Of a stretch of DNA of 64,000 nucleotides, positions 29,120-39,800 are shown one piece after another. The stretch is taken from positions 852,136 to 916,135 of the forward strand of contig BOLA01000001.1 in assembly GCA_016861265.1 (NCBI GenBank). The letters run 5' to 3'. Each line of letters starts with the position of its first letter. The stretch's first letter is position 1. The position numbers were made by a program, and so were the translations under genes. The notes beneath the pieces were generated by a model. It did not search any database. It was given only the letters and a program-made list of their open reading frames with translations, and was not told the DNA's origin. The stretch is from Patescibacteria group bacterium. Its GTDB lineage: Bacteria; Patescibacteriota; Dojkabacteria; J137.

Positions 29120-29932
29120 TTAAATTCGAGTTGCACTTATAATTAATCGTCCTCTACCTGTATCAACCTTGCCTGTAGTCACTATCTTTAGACTTTTGCT
29201 GTCTGCACTTATATTATTATAAATATTATCGTAATTGCCGTTTAGGTATTCCTGCTTCGTAATTTTATAGGTGGATTTTTCGCCATTAAATTCTAATTTT
29301 ATTTCGTCGTTAATTTCTAGAAGATTTAAGAAATAGCAGCTTCTTGGATCTGTGTTATCAAAGAATCTTCTTGTACATAAAAATACTAGTTCTCCCTGAT
29401 TGTAGCTGTAAGATGATTTGTGCATCCAAAACCCAAACTTTAATGCCATTGAACTTTTAGGAGATATATATGCCGGTGAGTTAATCCCAAGTTCTTCTAT
29501 GTTTATTACAAAGTTCTTATTAGATTCCTCGGTAATCCTTACAGGGCCTAGCTCAGAATCGGAATAAATTTCTTCAAAAAAGTTAGTTGATCCAGCAACA
29601 AAAGAATCGTCCTTTTCCGGAATAAAAAAACTATAATTTAAATTCATATCGGCAACGGCTTGCTGTTCAACAGTAAGCTCAACTGATGACTTCTCTACTC
29701 CCTCCAATGGTTCAACAACTGCAACAGGAGTATCTCTTCTGACAGGTATTTCAAAGTTATAGTCTAATCTGTTAATTCTTACAATATTAGAGATTTCGGC
29801 AACCGCGATATCTACTCCAGGTTGAATTATCTTCCAAATAATATTACCTATGGCTACTAATGCAATTATTGATACTGCAAAGATTACCAAAATCATAACT
29901 AGTATATTTTTATCGTCTTTATTTGTGTACAT
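29120..29932 (-). CDS. hypothetical membrane-anchored extracytoplasmic protein
   Basis: It has an N-terminal TM (ILVMILVIFAVSIIALVAIG). No secure family was recognised; a weak sortase-like impression is unconfirmed. Confidence 0.4.
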   Translation of the reverse strand: MYTNKDDKNILVMILVIFAVSIIALVAIGNIIWKIIQPGVDIAVAEISNIVRINRLDYNFEIPVRRDTPVAVVEPLEGVEKSSVELTVEQQAVADMNLNYSFFIPEKDDSFVAGSTNFFEEIYSDSELGPVRITEESNKNFVINIEELGINSPAYISPKSSMALKFGFWMHKSSYSYNQGELVFLCTRRFFDNTDPRSCYFLNLLEINDEIKLEFNGEKSTYKITKQEYLNGNYDNIYNNISADSKSLKIVTTGKVDTGRGRLIISATRI

Positions 29933-30031
29933 TTAGCTAGTCAAATTAATGTCTTTTATATAAAATGTAAATCGAAGTAATTATAGCATAATAGCCCTGC
30001 TGTTTTAAATATTGGGTATATATCAATAATT

Positions 30032-30550
30032 ATGTTTCTTATTAAAAAATATAGAATAGCCTTATTAGTAACCTTAGTAGTTGGTGCAATTATAGGTGGA
30101 ATAGTTATATTCTCCAACCAACCAACTATAGCTCTGTACAAATTCAATTCCGGATTAACATTGAATTTTGATTTGAATAAGTGGAGATTAATACCTAATT
30201 CTACTAACGGAGATATAATTGAAAGCCAAAACAAAGACGTTTCAATTTTTCTTACTGCTGCAGAACTAGAAGACAAATCTAAAGCATTAGATAATATTGT
30301 AACGGATAGAGTATCTGCATTAAATAAACAGAACATATCGGTTACAACTACCCAAATAGAAATTAATGATTTACCTTTTTATAAAATCGAATATACAGAT
30401 ACCGGGGATGAGAATATAAAACCAGAAGAAGCAGGTGTGGGCTTTGTAACCTTGTATAATGGAACATATACTACCATTCAAATTTATTACAAAACAAATT
30501 CAGATATTACGGAGGCGCTAGATATTGTTTCGAGTGTTAAAGCTAATTAG
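30032..30550 (+). CDS. hypothetical membrane-anchored protein
   Basis: A 172-aa ORF with an N-terminal TM. Confidence 0.4.
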   Translation: MFLIKKYRIALLVTLVVGAIIGGIVIFSNQPTIALYKFNSGLTLNFDLNKWRLIPNSTNGDIIESQNKDVSIFLTAAELEDKSKALDNIVTDRVSALNKQNISVTTTQIEINDLPFYKIEYTDTGDENIKPEEAGVGFVTLYNGTYTTIQIYYKTNSDITEALDIVSSVKAN

Positions 30551-32618
30551 TACTAATAAGCTTTAAGGTATTTTCTGAAGGTATACTTGTAAAAATAATC
30601 TGCTGTGGTTTCAATCCATGTACAAACTTTACTAAATCATCTGAATAGTTATTTAGTCTAATAATCAGCTCAAGGTTTTTTTCCTTTGCTAACGCTTTGA
30701 GCAACTGCAATGTCTTTACACCAATTTCGTGATCAACATCTCGAATCTCACTTCTGAAAGTAAGAGCCTTAAGCAATTTTGAATAGTTAACAACAATTCC
30801 GTCTATTCTATTTTTTTCAATTCTATCGAGTTCAAATATAAAGGAAGGAATTGCAACTTCTGCATAAATTCTAAAATTGCCTGTCCTCTTTAATCCATTT
30901 ATAGTAAATACTTTTTCTATGTCCTCTAAGTTGCTTAGATTTCGGACAGCTGGAATACATACATTAATATTTCTGCTGTTATGTGTAATTCTAGATTTTT
31001 TTATTGCGGCAACCTCTAGTCCTAAGCTTTCCGGGTAGTCAATAAATCTTTCATCAAGGTTGTACTTGTATTTATTTTCTTTTACTCCTAATAGTGTCAA
31101 TTCCGCCGATGAAATTGACGACAGCTGATAAATCATTGGCTTATGAATTGCACATCTAGCAGCGGTGGATAAGTCTAGAGAATATTTTTCCAACAAGTTA
31201 ATTAATACTTTTTGGTTTGTAGAATATTCTTCAGGGAGAATATTATTATTTAAAATCATTTCGGTTCCGTCAAAGAAGCTTCCGCTAAAATACTGTAATG
31301 CACTTAAGTGTTTTGAATTCATTTTTGAAATATCCAAAAACACACCGGAATCAAAAAAGAAATCGTCTATATATTTTATTCTTGCATCTTCAGGTTCCTT
31401 ATCCTTTTTTAGCTCTGGGAAGTTCATTTCTCGTTCTTTTATAGGTTCTTCTACTTCAGGTATTACCTCTATTATTGGTTCATCTTCCTTCCCGTCGACT
31501 ATATCAAAGACTTCCTCTGCAAGCTTTTCTATGTCCGGCTCTTTATTTTTTGTTTGCTTCTCTTCTTTTTTCTCCGGTTTTTTCTCAGCAACTTTTACTT
31601 CCCTTTTTCGTTCTACAGTAGGTAGTTCCAATGGGTCTAATGCTAGTATATATATTTCCCCGGCTTCTATTCCCCATTTTACGCTTACATCTTGTTTAAA
31701 AAGTAACTCAATTTTTCTTGTAACTTTGGAAATATATACAATTGTCTCGTCATCTAATTTAGGATTCTTTTTCCAATTAGAAGATAATTCCACTTTTATG
31801 AATTTTTGTTTATCGGTTTTTTTTAATTCGTGAATATACATATGGTCTTGAGGAACAATATGGCTATTCACAATCGCAAATGTTTTATTATCTACCACAT
31901 AACTATCGCTGAACTCTTCAAAATTTTCATTCTCAATTCCATAAACAGCTCGTACTTGAATTTCGTTTTTGCTGAATACTGTGGCACTGTTAGCAATTCC
32001 AGAAACTTCTGCACGAATTAACTTTTGAATAATTAATCCTACACTAATTTCTCCCTTGTAATAACCATTTGCTCTGAATTCAATTGCCTCCTCACTAAAT
32101 AATTGAGCCCAAGAAGCTTTTATTTGATGTATTAAATCATCCTGTCCCTGTAATAGTATCTCTCCGGTATTTAGCCTGGTTGGAGGAACAAACTTTTCTT
32201 CAATAATATTCGAAGTGATGATTGTTACTATCGGGTTTTCGTTATTCTGACTTAGTTTTTTATATGCAAATTCAAGATCCTTTTGCAGCTTTTCCGGAAG
32301 TTTTGCTTCCATTATCAATTTTTTTATAGAAGCCGATGCTTCCTTCGCTGATTGTTTAATGAATGGTCTAACTTTTTTTAATTCTTTTGCAATAGGTGAA
32401 ACTAAATTGTTACTAACCAAAAATTCATCAAAGGCAACAGTGGAAATAATAAATGACGAAGGTATAGGAATATTTTCCTTTACTAGAAAAGCCAAATCAA
32501 TCGCTTCTCTTCCCGAAAGTTCAAAATCTCTTTCTCTTAAATTTTTTGGAATAAGAATAAATTCCGGAATTTTGTTGGCCATAGTTATCAATTCATTATG
32601 AAAGTTTAAAAAACCCAT
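30543..32618 (-). CDS. PEP-utilising-enzyme-like protein: a PPDK/PEP-synthase N-terminal nucleotide-binding domain and a C-terminal PEP-utiliser barrel-like domain joined by a Lys/Glu-rich linker
   Basis: The N-terminal segment GREAIDLAFLVKENIPIPSSFIISTVAFDEF resembles PPDK_N. The C-terminal RIDGIVVNYSKLLKAL region resembles the PEP-utiliser catalytic region. A low-complexity KE-rich linker of about 90 aa lies between them. Confidence 0.4.
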   Translation of the reverse strand: MGFLNFHNELITMANKIPEFILIPKNLRERDFELSGREAIDLAFLVKENIPIPSSFIISTVAFDEFLVSNNLVSPIAKELKKVRPFIKQSAKEASASIKKLIMEAKLPEKLQKDLEFAYKKLSQNNENPIVTIITSNIIEEKFVPPTRLNTGEILLQGQDDLIHQIKASWAQLFSEEAIEFRANGYYKGEISVGLIIQKLIRAEVSGIANSATVFSKNEIQVRAVYGIENENFEEFSDSYVVDNKTFAIVNSHIVPQDHMYIHELKKTDKQKFIKVELSSNWKKNPKLDDETIVYISKVTRKIELLFKQDVSVKWGIEAGEIYILALDPLELPTVERKREVKVAEKKPEKKEEKQTKNKEPDIEKLAEEVFDIVDGKEDEPIIEVIPEVEEPIKEREMNFPELKKDKEPEDARIKYIDDFFFDSGVFLDISKMNSKHLSALQYFSGSFFDGTEMILNNNILPEEYSTNQKVLINLLEKYSLDLSTAARCAIHKPMIYQLSSISSAELTLLGVKENKYKYNLDERFIDYPESLGLEVAAIKKSRITHNSRNINVCIPAVRNLSNLEDIEKVFTINGLKRTGNFRIYAEVAIPSFIFELDRIEKNRIDGIVVNYSKLLKALTFRSEIRDVDHEIGVKTLQLLKALAKEKNLELIIRLNNYSDDLVKFVHGLKPQQIIFTSIPSENTLKLISTN

Positions 32619-32685
32619 GTCAATGATTTTCTATTTTGTTTAAACTAAGTTTAGAGATTGTGATATATTTTGCTGCCGGTTTGTG

Positions 32686-32715
32686 TTGACGATATGCGAT
32701 ATTGTGATATATAAT
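32686..32715 (+). promoter_or_regulatory. sigma70-like promoter (TTGACG-18-TATAAT) for the island B gene 1
   Basis: SD AGAGGAG follows, 8 nt before the ATG at 32762. Confidence 0.45.
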
Positions 32716-32761
32716 AATTATATCTATTGGCAATGCGAATGCATTCAGAGGAGTTTTTAAA

Positions 32762-33070
32762 ATGGCTGTTACACAGCAACAATCAGATACGGTGAGGGTC
32801 AGTGGAATCTCTTGGCTTGAGCGGACATGGTACATGTTGCTTGCACTCATCCGCTCCACTGCCGTTCTGATTTTCGCCATCGGGATTCTTTTAATCGGAG
32901 TTGCGCTTATCTCGGAAAGCAATGTCCGGGTAATCGCCCAAACTGATGAGGAAGGCTGCATCACCTCGGTGTATGCGACCAACCACCCGATGAACGACCA
33001 ATGGGTCGTCCGTATCTGGGGTGATAAACCCGCAGACGATGGCAAGCCCGATCCGCACTTCTGCCACTAG
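32762..33070 (+). CDS. small TM-anchored protein encoded by GC-rich island B
   Basis: A 102-aa, GC-rich ORF with a central TM (LIFAIGILLIGVALI). Its own terminator hairpin lies at about 33076..33100. Confidence 0.45.
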   Translation: MAVTQQQSDTVRVSGISWLERTWYMLLALIRSTAVLIFAIGILLIGVALISESNVRVIAQTDEEGCITSVYATNHPMNDQWVVRIWGDKPADDGKPDPHFCH

Positions 33071-33075
33071 CACAA

Positions 33076-33100
33076 AGGGGGTACTGCTAACAGCACCCCC
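33076..33100 (+). terminator. terminator hairpin after the island B gene 1
   Basis: GGGGGTaCTG-ctaa-CAGcACCCCC. Confidence 0.4.
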
Positions 33101-33176
33101 CAAACTTTTCCAATTTCAATTCTGTATATACTGTTTATATATGTTATAATATATTCAGCACTAAGGAGGTGCACGA

Positions 33177-33482
33177 ATGTTAAAAAAGCTCTTAGTAGTT
33201 ACCCTATTGGCTGTGTTGCTCGGAGTGTTTCCAGTAGCAGCGCAGGAAGACGATTCGCAGGTCAGCGAGTTTACCGTCTACTTGCCTCCATTCTCCGTAG
33301 AATTCTTCTACGCGGACTGGCTGGCTGACGACACTACTTGCCAGTTCTGGGGAACGTCGTTCGGTCTCATGCGTGAGATTGGCGAGCAAATGCCGAAAGC
33401 CTACCGCTTAAATGTGGTGTACGGCGGATGTGGCGTGTTGCGAACGTCAATCTTCACCTACGATGCCAATAGCGAGAAATAA
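33177..33482 (+). CDS. small secreted protein (signal peptide) encoded by GC-rich island B
   Basis: A 101-aa ORF with signal peptide MLKKLLVVTLLAVLLGVFPVAAQ. Upstream are TATAAT at about 33145 and SD AAGGAGG. It is GC-rich. Confidence 0.5.
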   Translation: MLKKLLVVTLLAVLLGVFPVAAQEDDSQVSEFTVYLPPFSVEFFYADWLADDTTCQFWGTSFGLMREIGEQMPKAYRLNVVYGGCGVLRTSIFTYDANSEK

Positions 33483-33505
33483 CTACCCTCCGTAACGTGT
33501 CCGCA

Positions 33506-33530
33506 GGCTTCGGGAGTAACTCCCGAAGCC
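33506..33530. terminator. bidirectional terminator hairpin
   Basis: GGCTTCGGGAG-taa-CTCCCGAAGCC lies between island B and the clpC stop. Confidence 0.55.
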
Positions 33531-33540
33531 TTAAGTTTGC

Positions 33541-36006
33541 CTAGGCAATTGAGAATTTTTTCCCCTTATAAACAATTCTTACTTTCTGTCCTGACTTTAT
33601 TTTATCGTCAAGAATTAAACTAGAAAGTAAATTATCGATTTCACTTTGGACAGCCCTTTTTATTGGTCTAGCACCATATTGAGGATTGTAGCTGATATCC
33701 GCAATTTCATTCACAACACTTTCGTCGAATTCAACTTCAATATTTTGCGACCTCATTAGGGTTTTTGTATTATCTAGAATTAGCCTTACAATTTCGTTAA
33801 CTTCTTGCCTTGTAAGAGCTTTAAATACAATAATTTCATCAAGTCGATTTAAGAACTCCGGTCTAAAAAATTTTCTTAAGAGTTGAAATATGCCGGCTCT
33901 AACTTCGTCCCATGATGGAGTATCTTCGGAATTATCCTTTAATTTTATTAAGCCTTCGTGGCTTTCCTTGGGTCTGGTAACCTTACTTTGCTCATTTAAC
34001 CCAATTGAAGTTAGTATTAAATCACTTCCTATATTGCTTGTTGCAATAATTATCGTATTTTTAAAGTCTACTACTCTACCTTTCCCGTCTGTTAATTTCC
34101 CGTCGTCCAAGACTTGTAGCAGAATATTAAATACATCTGGATGTGCCTTTTCGAGCTCGTCTAGAAGTATTACAGAATAAGGTTTACGTCGTACTTTTTC
34201 GGTGAGTTGTCCGCCTTCTTCGTAGCCTACATAACCTGGAGGGGCTCCAATTAAACGTGTTACGGAGAATTTTTCCATATATTCACTCATATCAATTCTT
34301 ATGAGTGCATCTTCGTCCCCAAATACAATCTCAGATAAAGCTTTGGCTAGCTCAGTTTTTCCAACTCCAGTTGGTCCTAGAAATAGAAAACTGGCGATAG
34401 GTCTTCTGGGATCTTTTAATCCAGTTCTAGATCTCCTAATTGCCTGGGCAACTAAATGCACGGCCTCATGCTGGCCAATAACTCTTTCGTGCAATTTCTG
34501 CTCAAGATTCTTTAAACTTTCCTTTTCCGCCTTATTTAATTCAGTAATAGGAATACCAGTCATTCTACTTATAATCTCGTGAATGTCTGAAACAGTAACT
34601 TCTGGAGTTCCTGTGCCTCTTTGTTTTAACCAGTCTTCTTCAATAGGCTTGAGTTCTTCTTTAAGTTGTTCAATTTTCACTTTTATTTCGGCAGCTTCTT
34701 TGTGTTGAGAGGCTCTAGTTAAAGACTCTCTTTCCGTTTCAAGTTTCTTGATTTCATCTTTGAGTGTTCTAAGTTCTTTTGGTTCGCTAGTAAATTTTAT
34801 TCTTACTCTGCTTGCAGCTTCGTCCACAATGTCTATTGCCTTGTCGGGTAAAAAACGGTTTTTTATATATCTATCCGATAGATTTGCTGCAGCTACTAAA
34901 GCTTCTTCTTGTATTTTTAATTTGTGATGAGCTTCGTATCTTTCTTTTATTCCCTTCAAAATTAATACAGTTTGATCCACACTTGGCTCATTTACTAATA
35001 CGGGCTGAAATCTTCTTTCTAATGCCGCATCTTTTTCTATATATTTTTGATATTCATTTAGTGTAGTTGCACCAATTACTTGTAATTCGCCCCTTGCAAG
35101 AGCGGGTTTAATCATATTACTAAAGTCTAGTTCTCCGCTCTGAGCTCCGCTTCCAACAATTGTATGCAATTCGTCAATAAACAGAATTACGTTTCGTTCT
35201 ACTTTCTCTAGGTCATCAATTAATTTTTTAACTCTTTCTTCGAATTCGCCTCTAAATTTTGAACCTGCAACTAGCTTACTTAAATCTAGTGCACGTACGG
35301 TTTTGTTGCGTAAAACTTCGGGAACCTGATCTAAGACTATTTTTTGTGCTAGTCCTTCTGCTATTGCAGTTTTTCCTACTCCGGGTTCACCAATTAGCAC
35401 TGGGTTATTCTTTTTTCTTCGGGATAAAATTTCAATTACCCTAGTTATTTCATCTTCTCTGCCGATGACGGGATCAATTTTATCTTGTCTAGCAAGCTCA
35501 TTAAGATCTTTTGAAAATTCGTTAAGAGTAGGTGTATCTAGACCATTTCCCACTTTGTTACCTTCTTTATCACCTTCGCCAACAACTTTTATAACCGCTT
35601 GCCTTGCTTGAACATGATTAATGGCATATTTTCTAAGAATTTGCGCAGCCAAACCTTCCTGTTCAAGAATTAATCCTAGGAAAATATGTTCTGTTCCAAT
35701 GTAATTATGTCTTAGTTCAATGGATTCATTGTTTGCTAGTTGTAGTACCTGATAGGCTCTAGGAGTAAAGTTTGGAGTTTCCATAGAGAAGCTTCCTTGA
35801 GGGATTTGCTTATCAAGGTATTCTCTTAATTCATTTACGTTAACGCCTAGTTCCTTAAATACCCTCTTCATCACAACTTCGTCTTCGGTAATGCCATAAA
35901 GTATATGTTCAGTATCTATAGCTCTTTGCCCTTTCTGTTGGGCAACTTCAAATGCTTTTTGAAGTGCTTCTTGTGTTCTTTTTGAAAATTGATCTGGTAA
36001 ATTCAT
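33541..36006 (-). CDS. clpC: Clp/Hsp100 AAA+ chaperone (ClpC/ClpB family), ATP-binding subunit
   Basis: It has Clp_N repeats and two AAA modules ([14 protein letters not shown]; [18 protein letters not shown]), with a short middle domain. At 821 aa it is called ClpC-type rather than ClpB. Confidence 0.85.
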   Translation of the reverse strand: MNLPDQFSKRTQEALQKAFEVAQQKGQRAIDTEHILYGITEDEVVMKRVFKELGVNVNELREYLDKQIPQGSFSMETPNFTPRAYQVLQLANNESIELRHNYIGTEHIFLGLILEQEGLAAQILRKYAINHVQARQAVIKVVGEGDKEGNKVGNGLDTPTLNEFSKDLNELARQDKIDPVIGREDEITRVIEILSRRKKNNPVLIGEPGVGKTAIAEGLAQKIVLDQVPEVLRNKTVRALDLSKLVAGSKFRGEFEERVKKLIDDLEKVERNVILFIDELHTIVGSGAQSGELDFSNMIKPALARGELQVIGATTLNEYQKYIEKDAALERRFQPVLVNEPSVDQTVLILKGIKERYEAHHKLKIQEEALVAAANLSDRYIKNRFLPDKAIDIVDEAASRVRIKFTSEPKELRTLKDEIKKLETERESLTRASQHKEAAEIKVKIEQLKEELKPIEEDWLKQRGTGTPEVTVSDIHEIISRMTGIPITELNKAEKESLKNLEQKLHERVIGQHEAVHLVAQAIRRSRTGLKDPRRPIASFLFLGPTGVGKTELAKALSEIVFGDEDALIRIDMSEYMEKFSVTRLIGAPPGYVGYEEGGQLTEKVRRKPYSVILLDELEKAHPDVFNILLQVLDDGKLTDGKGRVVDFKNTIIIATSNIGSDLILTSIGLNEQSKVTRPKESHEGLIKLKDNSEDTPSWDEVRAGIFQLLRKFFRPEFLNRLDEIIVFKALTRQEVNEIVRLILDNTKTLMRSQNIEVEFDESVVNEIADISYNPQYGARPIKRAVQSEIDNLLSSLILDDKIKSGQKVRIVYKGKKFSIA

Positions 36007-36155
36007 ATATTTTTCATTTTAAAATTTAAAAATGAATTATTTATACATATAAGCATATTTTAGCAGACAACCCGGCAGTCTGCTAATTTTTTAATTACAA
36101 GTGTAATCAATAGCTTTATCTGTTAGAATTTTAAAAGTTATACGTTTCTAATTTA

Positions 36156-36881
36156 ATGAGTTCTGCAGTGTATCCTGACGACAACCTAGAGCCAGATTTT
36201 CTTGATCAATTGGACGAAGAATCTGCACAGCCAAATGCAGTTAATCAGGATGCAAATCCTACATCATTTGCTGCAGGCAGAAAACTTTTAAGAGATTCTG
36301 TTTACAAGGGTGCTAATTTAGAAATCAGAAGAAAGGCCATTATTGCTAACATTGCTAAGTCCAAATATAGTCAATATAGCGAACAGAGATCTCTAAGAAT
36401 GGCTGCATCTGAGTATGATCAGATGGTTCAATTAGCATATGCAAAAATAAGAGGAGAAATGCCGGATTTAGATGCTGCTCAAGCAAGACTGCTGGCTGAA
36501 CAGGAGGTCTTAAAGGCCCAAGGTACATTGAAAACAAATGCACAAGCCCTAGCCTCTAAAGGAGGAAAGTTAGCAAAAAAAGGATTTAAAAAAGGAGTTA
36601 AATATGTAGGTAATATTTTATTACCGGGACTTGGTTCCGTATTGCACTTCTTTATTTTCAATAAAATTGGGAGAATAATCATTGTCTTAATTTGTTTATG
36701 CTGTTTCTTTTTAATTATAGAGGTATGGCAGACTTTTGCATCGGAAGATAAATGGAACTCTATTAGAGAATCAGCTAACTTAGTAAGCTGTGCTGGAGGT
36801 ACCGATAACGATAAGCTAGCTAAATGTTTATTTGATCAGAAAATTGAAGAGTATTCGCTTCAAGAACCAACACCTGAATAA
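36156..36881 (+). CDS. hypothetical membrane protein
   Basis: A 241-aa ORF with a C-terminal TM segment, lying 3 nt upstream of the giant hydrolase gene. Confidence 0.4.
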   Translation: MSSAVYPDDNLEPDFLDQLDEESAQPNAVNQDANPTSFAAGRKLLRDSVYKGANLEIRRKAIIANIAKSKYSQYSEQRSLRMAASEYDQMVQLAYAKIRGEMPDLDAAQARLLAEQEVLKAQGTLKTNAQALASKGGKLAKKGFKKGVKYVGNILLPGLGSVLHFFIFNKIGRIIIVLICLCCFFLIIEVWQTFASEDKWNSIRESANLVSCAGGTDNDKLAKCLFDQKIEEYSLQEPTPE

Positions 36882-36884
36882 AAC

Positions 36885-39800
36885 ATGGGAGACAAATTTT
36901 TGAATTTAAAAAATGAACTAAAGAATAAATTAATTGAAAGATTACCAATAATATTTATTGTAATAATTTCAATACTATTCACCTACTCCTTCATTAAGGA
37001 GAGTATTACGGTAAATATACAAACAGGAGCAGCTATTCCCAACTCTATAGTCAATTCTATTGTAGTGGCATTAGATAGTACAGTTAATCCAAATGGAATA
37101 ATTGCCGCAGCAGTAGATATTTCTGAAAAGGTACAAAACGGAGAGGGAATAATTGTAAAAGATGTATTCGATAGGTGTGTAATTCAAAGTGATAACAGAG
37201 TCAGCGATGGATTTTACCAGCCATTCGATACAAAAGCCGGTGTAAACAATGGTGATCCTATTGGAGATGGTAATGGTGGCGACGAAATTAGAAAATATTT
37301 AAGATACGACAACAGATCTTCGTTGGATTTAGAAGCAAGTCAAAACGTTGTAATTTTAATGAAAGGAACAGGACCAACTGTTCTGGCATCGGCAATTAGG
37401 AATATAAACGAAAAAGGAATGATACCTATAATCAGATTAGGTGTAATTGACATGGGAGATTATCCGTTTCAACTAACTGAAGATGCAAGTGAAATGGTTA
37501 ACTACTTTACACAAGTAGGTGATGAATTAATGCGTGAAAATAAAGGTTGGAAGGCCGTATTATCTTTAGGGCCTAATGAACCTACTACAGGAGGTGCTGG
37601 AGAAGGTAATATTCAGGTTATGGGTATTCCTGATTACCAGACAATGGTACAAAGAGAAAATCAGGCTGCTGATCAGTTACAAAAATACAGAGTTGTTAAT
37701 GGTGGTCCATTCTGGCTTGCACCTGCCATCTTTAATGGAACGGCATCTTATCAGGCAAATGGAAGAGAATATTCTCAAGATGTATATAGGCACTTGTATA
37801 TTGATGGAGAAGATACGAGTACAGAAAAAGACTACTGGAAAAGAAAAAGCATTGACCCAGACCTATTCGACGTGATGCTTGCAAACATATACATGAATGT
37901 GGCAAAACCTGCATATAACTTTTATAAGGAATTTGGGTTAAAAGAATATGTAGATAAAAGACCTGGATTAGTAACAATCGTTACAGAATTTGGAATAGAT
38001 CCATTCTCACCATCTTTAGTTACTGCTGATTTGAAACCTGACTTTAAGGCGTTCTACGAGGATCCTAAGGTAGAAGGAATAAATTGGTTTAGAGCACTTA
38101 AAGATAAGCCAGCCCCAGCCCCTGCTCCTTCACCAGAGCAAAGTGCTACCCTTGAGGACTTTATTAAATTCTTGGAACAATCCGGGAAGACGGCTAAAAA
38201 AATATCTCTAAAGAACTTTTCTTGGGTTAATTGCGCTTTGGGTACAACAATAGAACGAACTTCTACATCTTCAAGTGGTTCCAGCAGCGGAACTTTAAAT
38301 CCAACAACAAAGGGTGGTTTAAATGAAGGAGAGAACGCACCAGGCGGTGGTGCAACAATGGATACAGCTAAATCTTATGGGTTGGCAGGCTATAGTTTAG
38401 CAATTATAAACAATCCAGGCGACAGTGCTGCAGCAATTCAATTCATTAGCGAGTCAATTTCTAAAGGCTTCACACCGATTATACGTTTATGCGTAAACGT
38501 ATCTGGTTCATGTGGGTTTAATCTTTCCGGAGGCAGAGCCGATGATTTAGTGAGCTTTTATAATGCTGTATCACAAGGTGCATCTGGTAGCTTTATTGGA
38601 ATTGTGGGACCTAATGAACCTAGCACCGAATGGGGTGTATTTAATGCCTCGAGTATGGACGAAGTAAAAAGAGCTGCCGTTACAGCAGCAAAAACAATAA
38701 ACAAGAATGGAAAGATGCTGATTGGTACCCCAGCATTTAATCTCCAAACTCAGGATTTAACACAATTCAAAAGTGCATTTGGCGAAGCTAAGTTCGATGT
38801 TTTAATCGGCAATGCCTACAATATTGGAACAGCAAAAGCGGATGAAATTGCGGGCGAAGCCATCTCAACTTCTAAAGCAAACGGACTAAAATTTATTTTG
38901 ACGGAAACCGGTGCTATAAAAGGTGCTGCAGAAGATTTTGAAACTACAATCGGAAGATTATGTTCCCAAGTAGATGGATTCATGTTATTTAGATCTCAGG
39001 AAAGTTCTCCGGGGGGGAATTATGAGAATGTACCCCAGCCATTCGGGCCTGAAAAACTAAAGGCAATTGCTGCTGCATGCAATGGTAGCAACCCAACTTC
39101 CAGTAACGATAGTAATTCTACCGATAGCCGAGATGATTCATCAAATTCTGCTATTCAATGTACATCCGGGGTGGCAGATGACCAGATCATATTCCTAGGT
39201 GACAGTCTAACTAACGAACTTGTAGCAAAACAGTTTCCTGGCTCAAAAAATTTAGGATTTCCAGGAGCCAGCACTGAATGGTTAGTACCTGGATCCGAAC
39301 CAGCCAACGATAAGTCCGATCAATTAAATACGACTTTAAACGATCCAAAGTATAAAGCAATTGTAATTGAATTTGGAACGAACGACTGCGGAGGAGTAGA
39401 TGTAGGTAGGTTTAAACAAAATTTAACAACAATTATTAATAATATTAAGAATGTTAATGCTGAAGTAGACATTATCTTGAGTACAATACCGAGAGCGCAT
39501 AAAGCATGTTCAGCAAGTACAATAGACAGTTTTAATGCAGCTATTAACGAAGTTCGTTCATCTACAGGAGTTTTAGGCAGGGAACTTGGAGGTTCATTAT
39601 TCGATGAATCTGACTTAAGATCAGGTGACGACAGACACTTAACCGACGAAGCTTATGCTGAAATTGCACAAATAACCAAGGAGGCATTAGGCGGAGTTTG
39701 CGTAGGATCTAATACAGGAACAACTACAGAAACTACATTAGGTGCAGGATCTCTTGCACTTAGTTGTGGTGTTGAAGAAGACAAACCTGCTGAATTCTAC

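Noticed and set aside
29120-29932. Possible sortase assignment for the membrane-anchored 270-aa protein
   Set aside because: An LVFLCTRR segment superficially resembles TLxTC-R, but the order and spacing of the His/Cys/Arg elements do not fit known sortase classes. It is kept as hypothetical.
32620-33389. Minus-strand ORFs 32620..33045, 32891..33103 and 33204..33389 in island B, and plus ORFs 56150..56620, 56313..56591, 56502..56699, 50472..50906 and 50705..50956 in islands C and E
   Set aside because: High GC content suppresses stop codons. These overlap the ORFs that carry recognisable promoter, SD and signal-peptide features and lack their own start signals.
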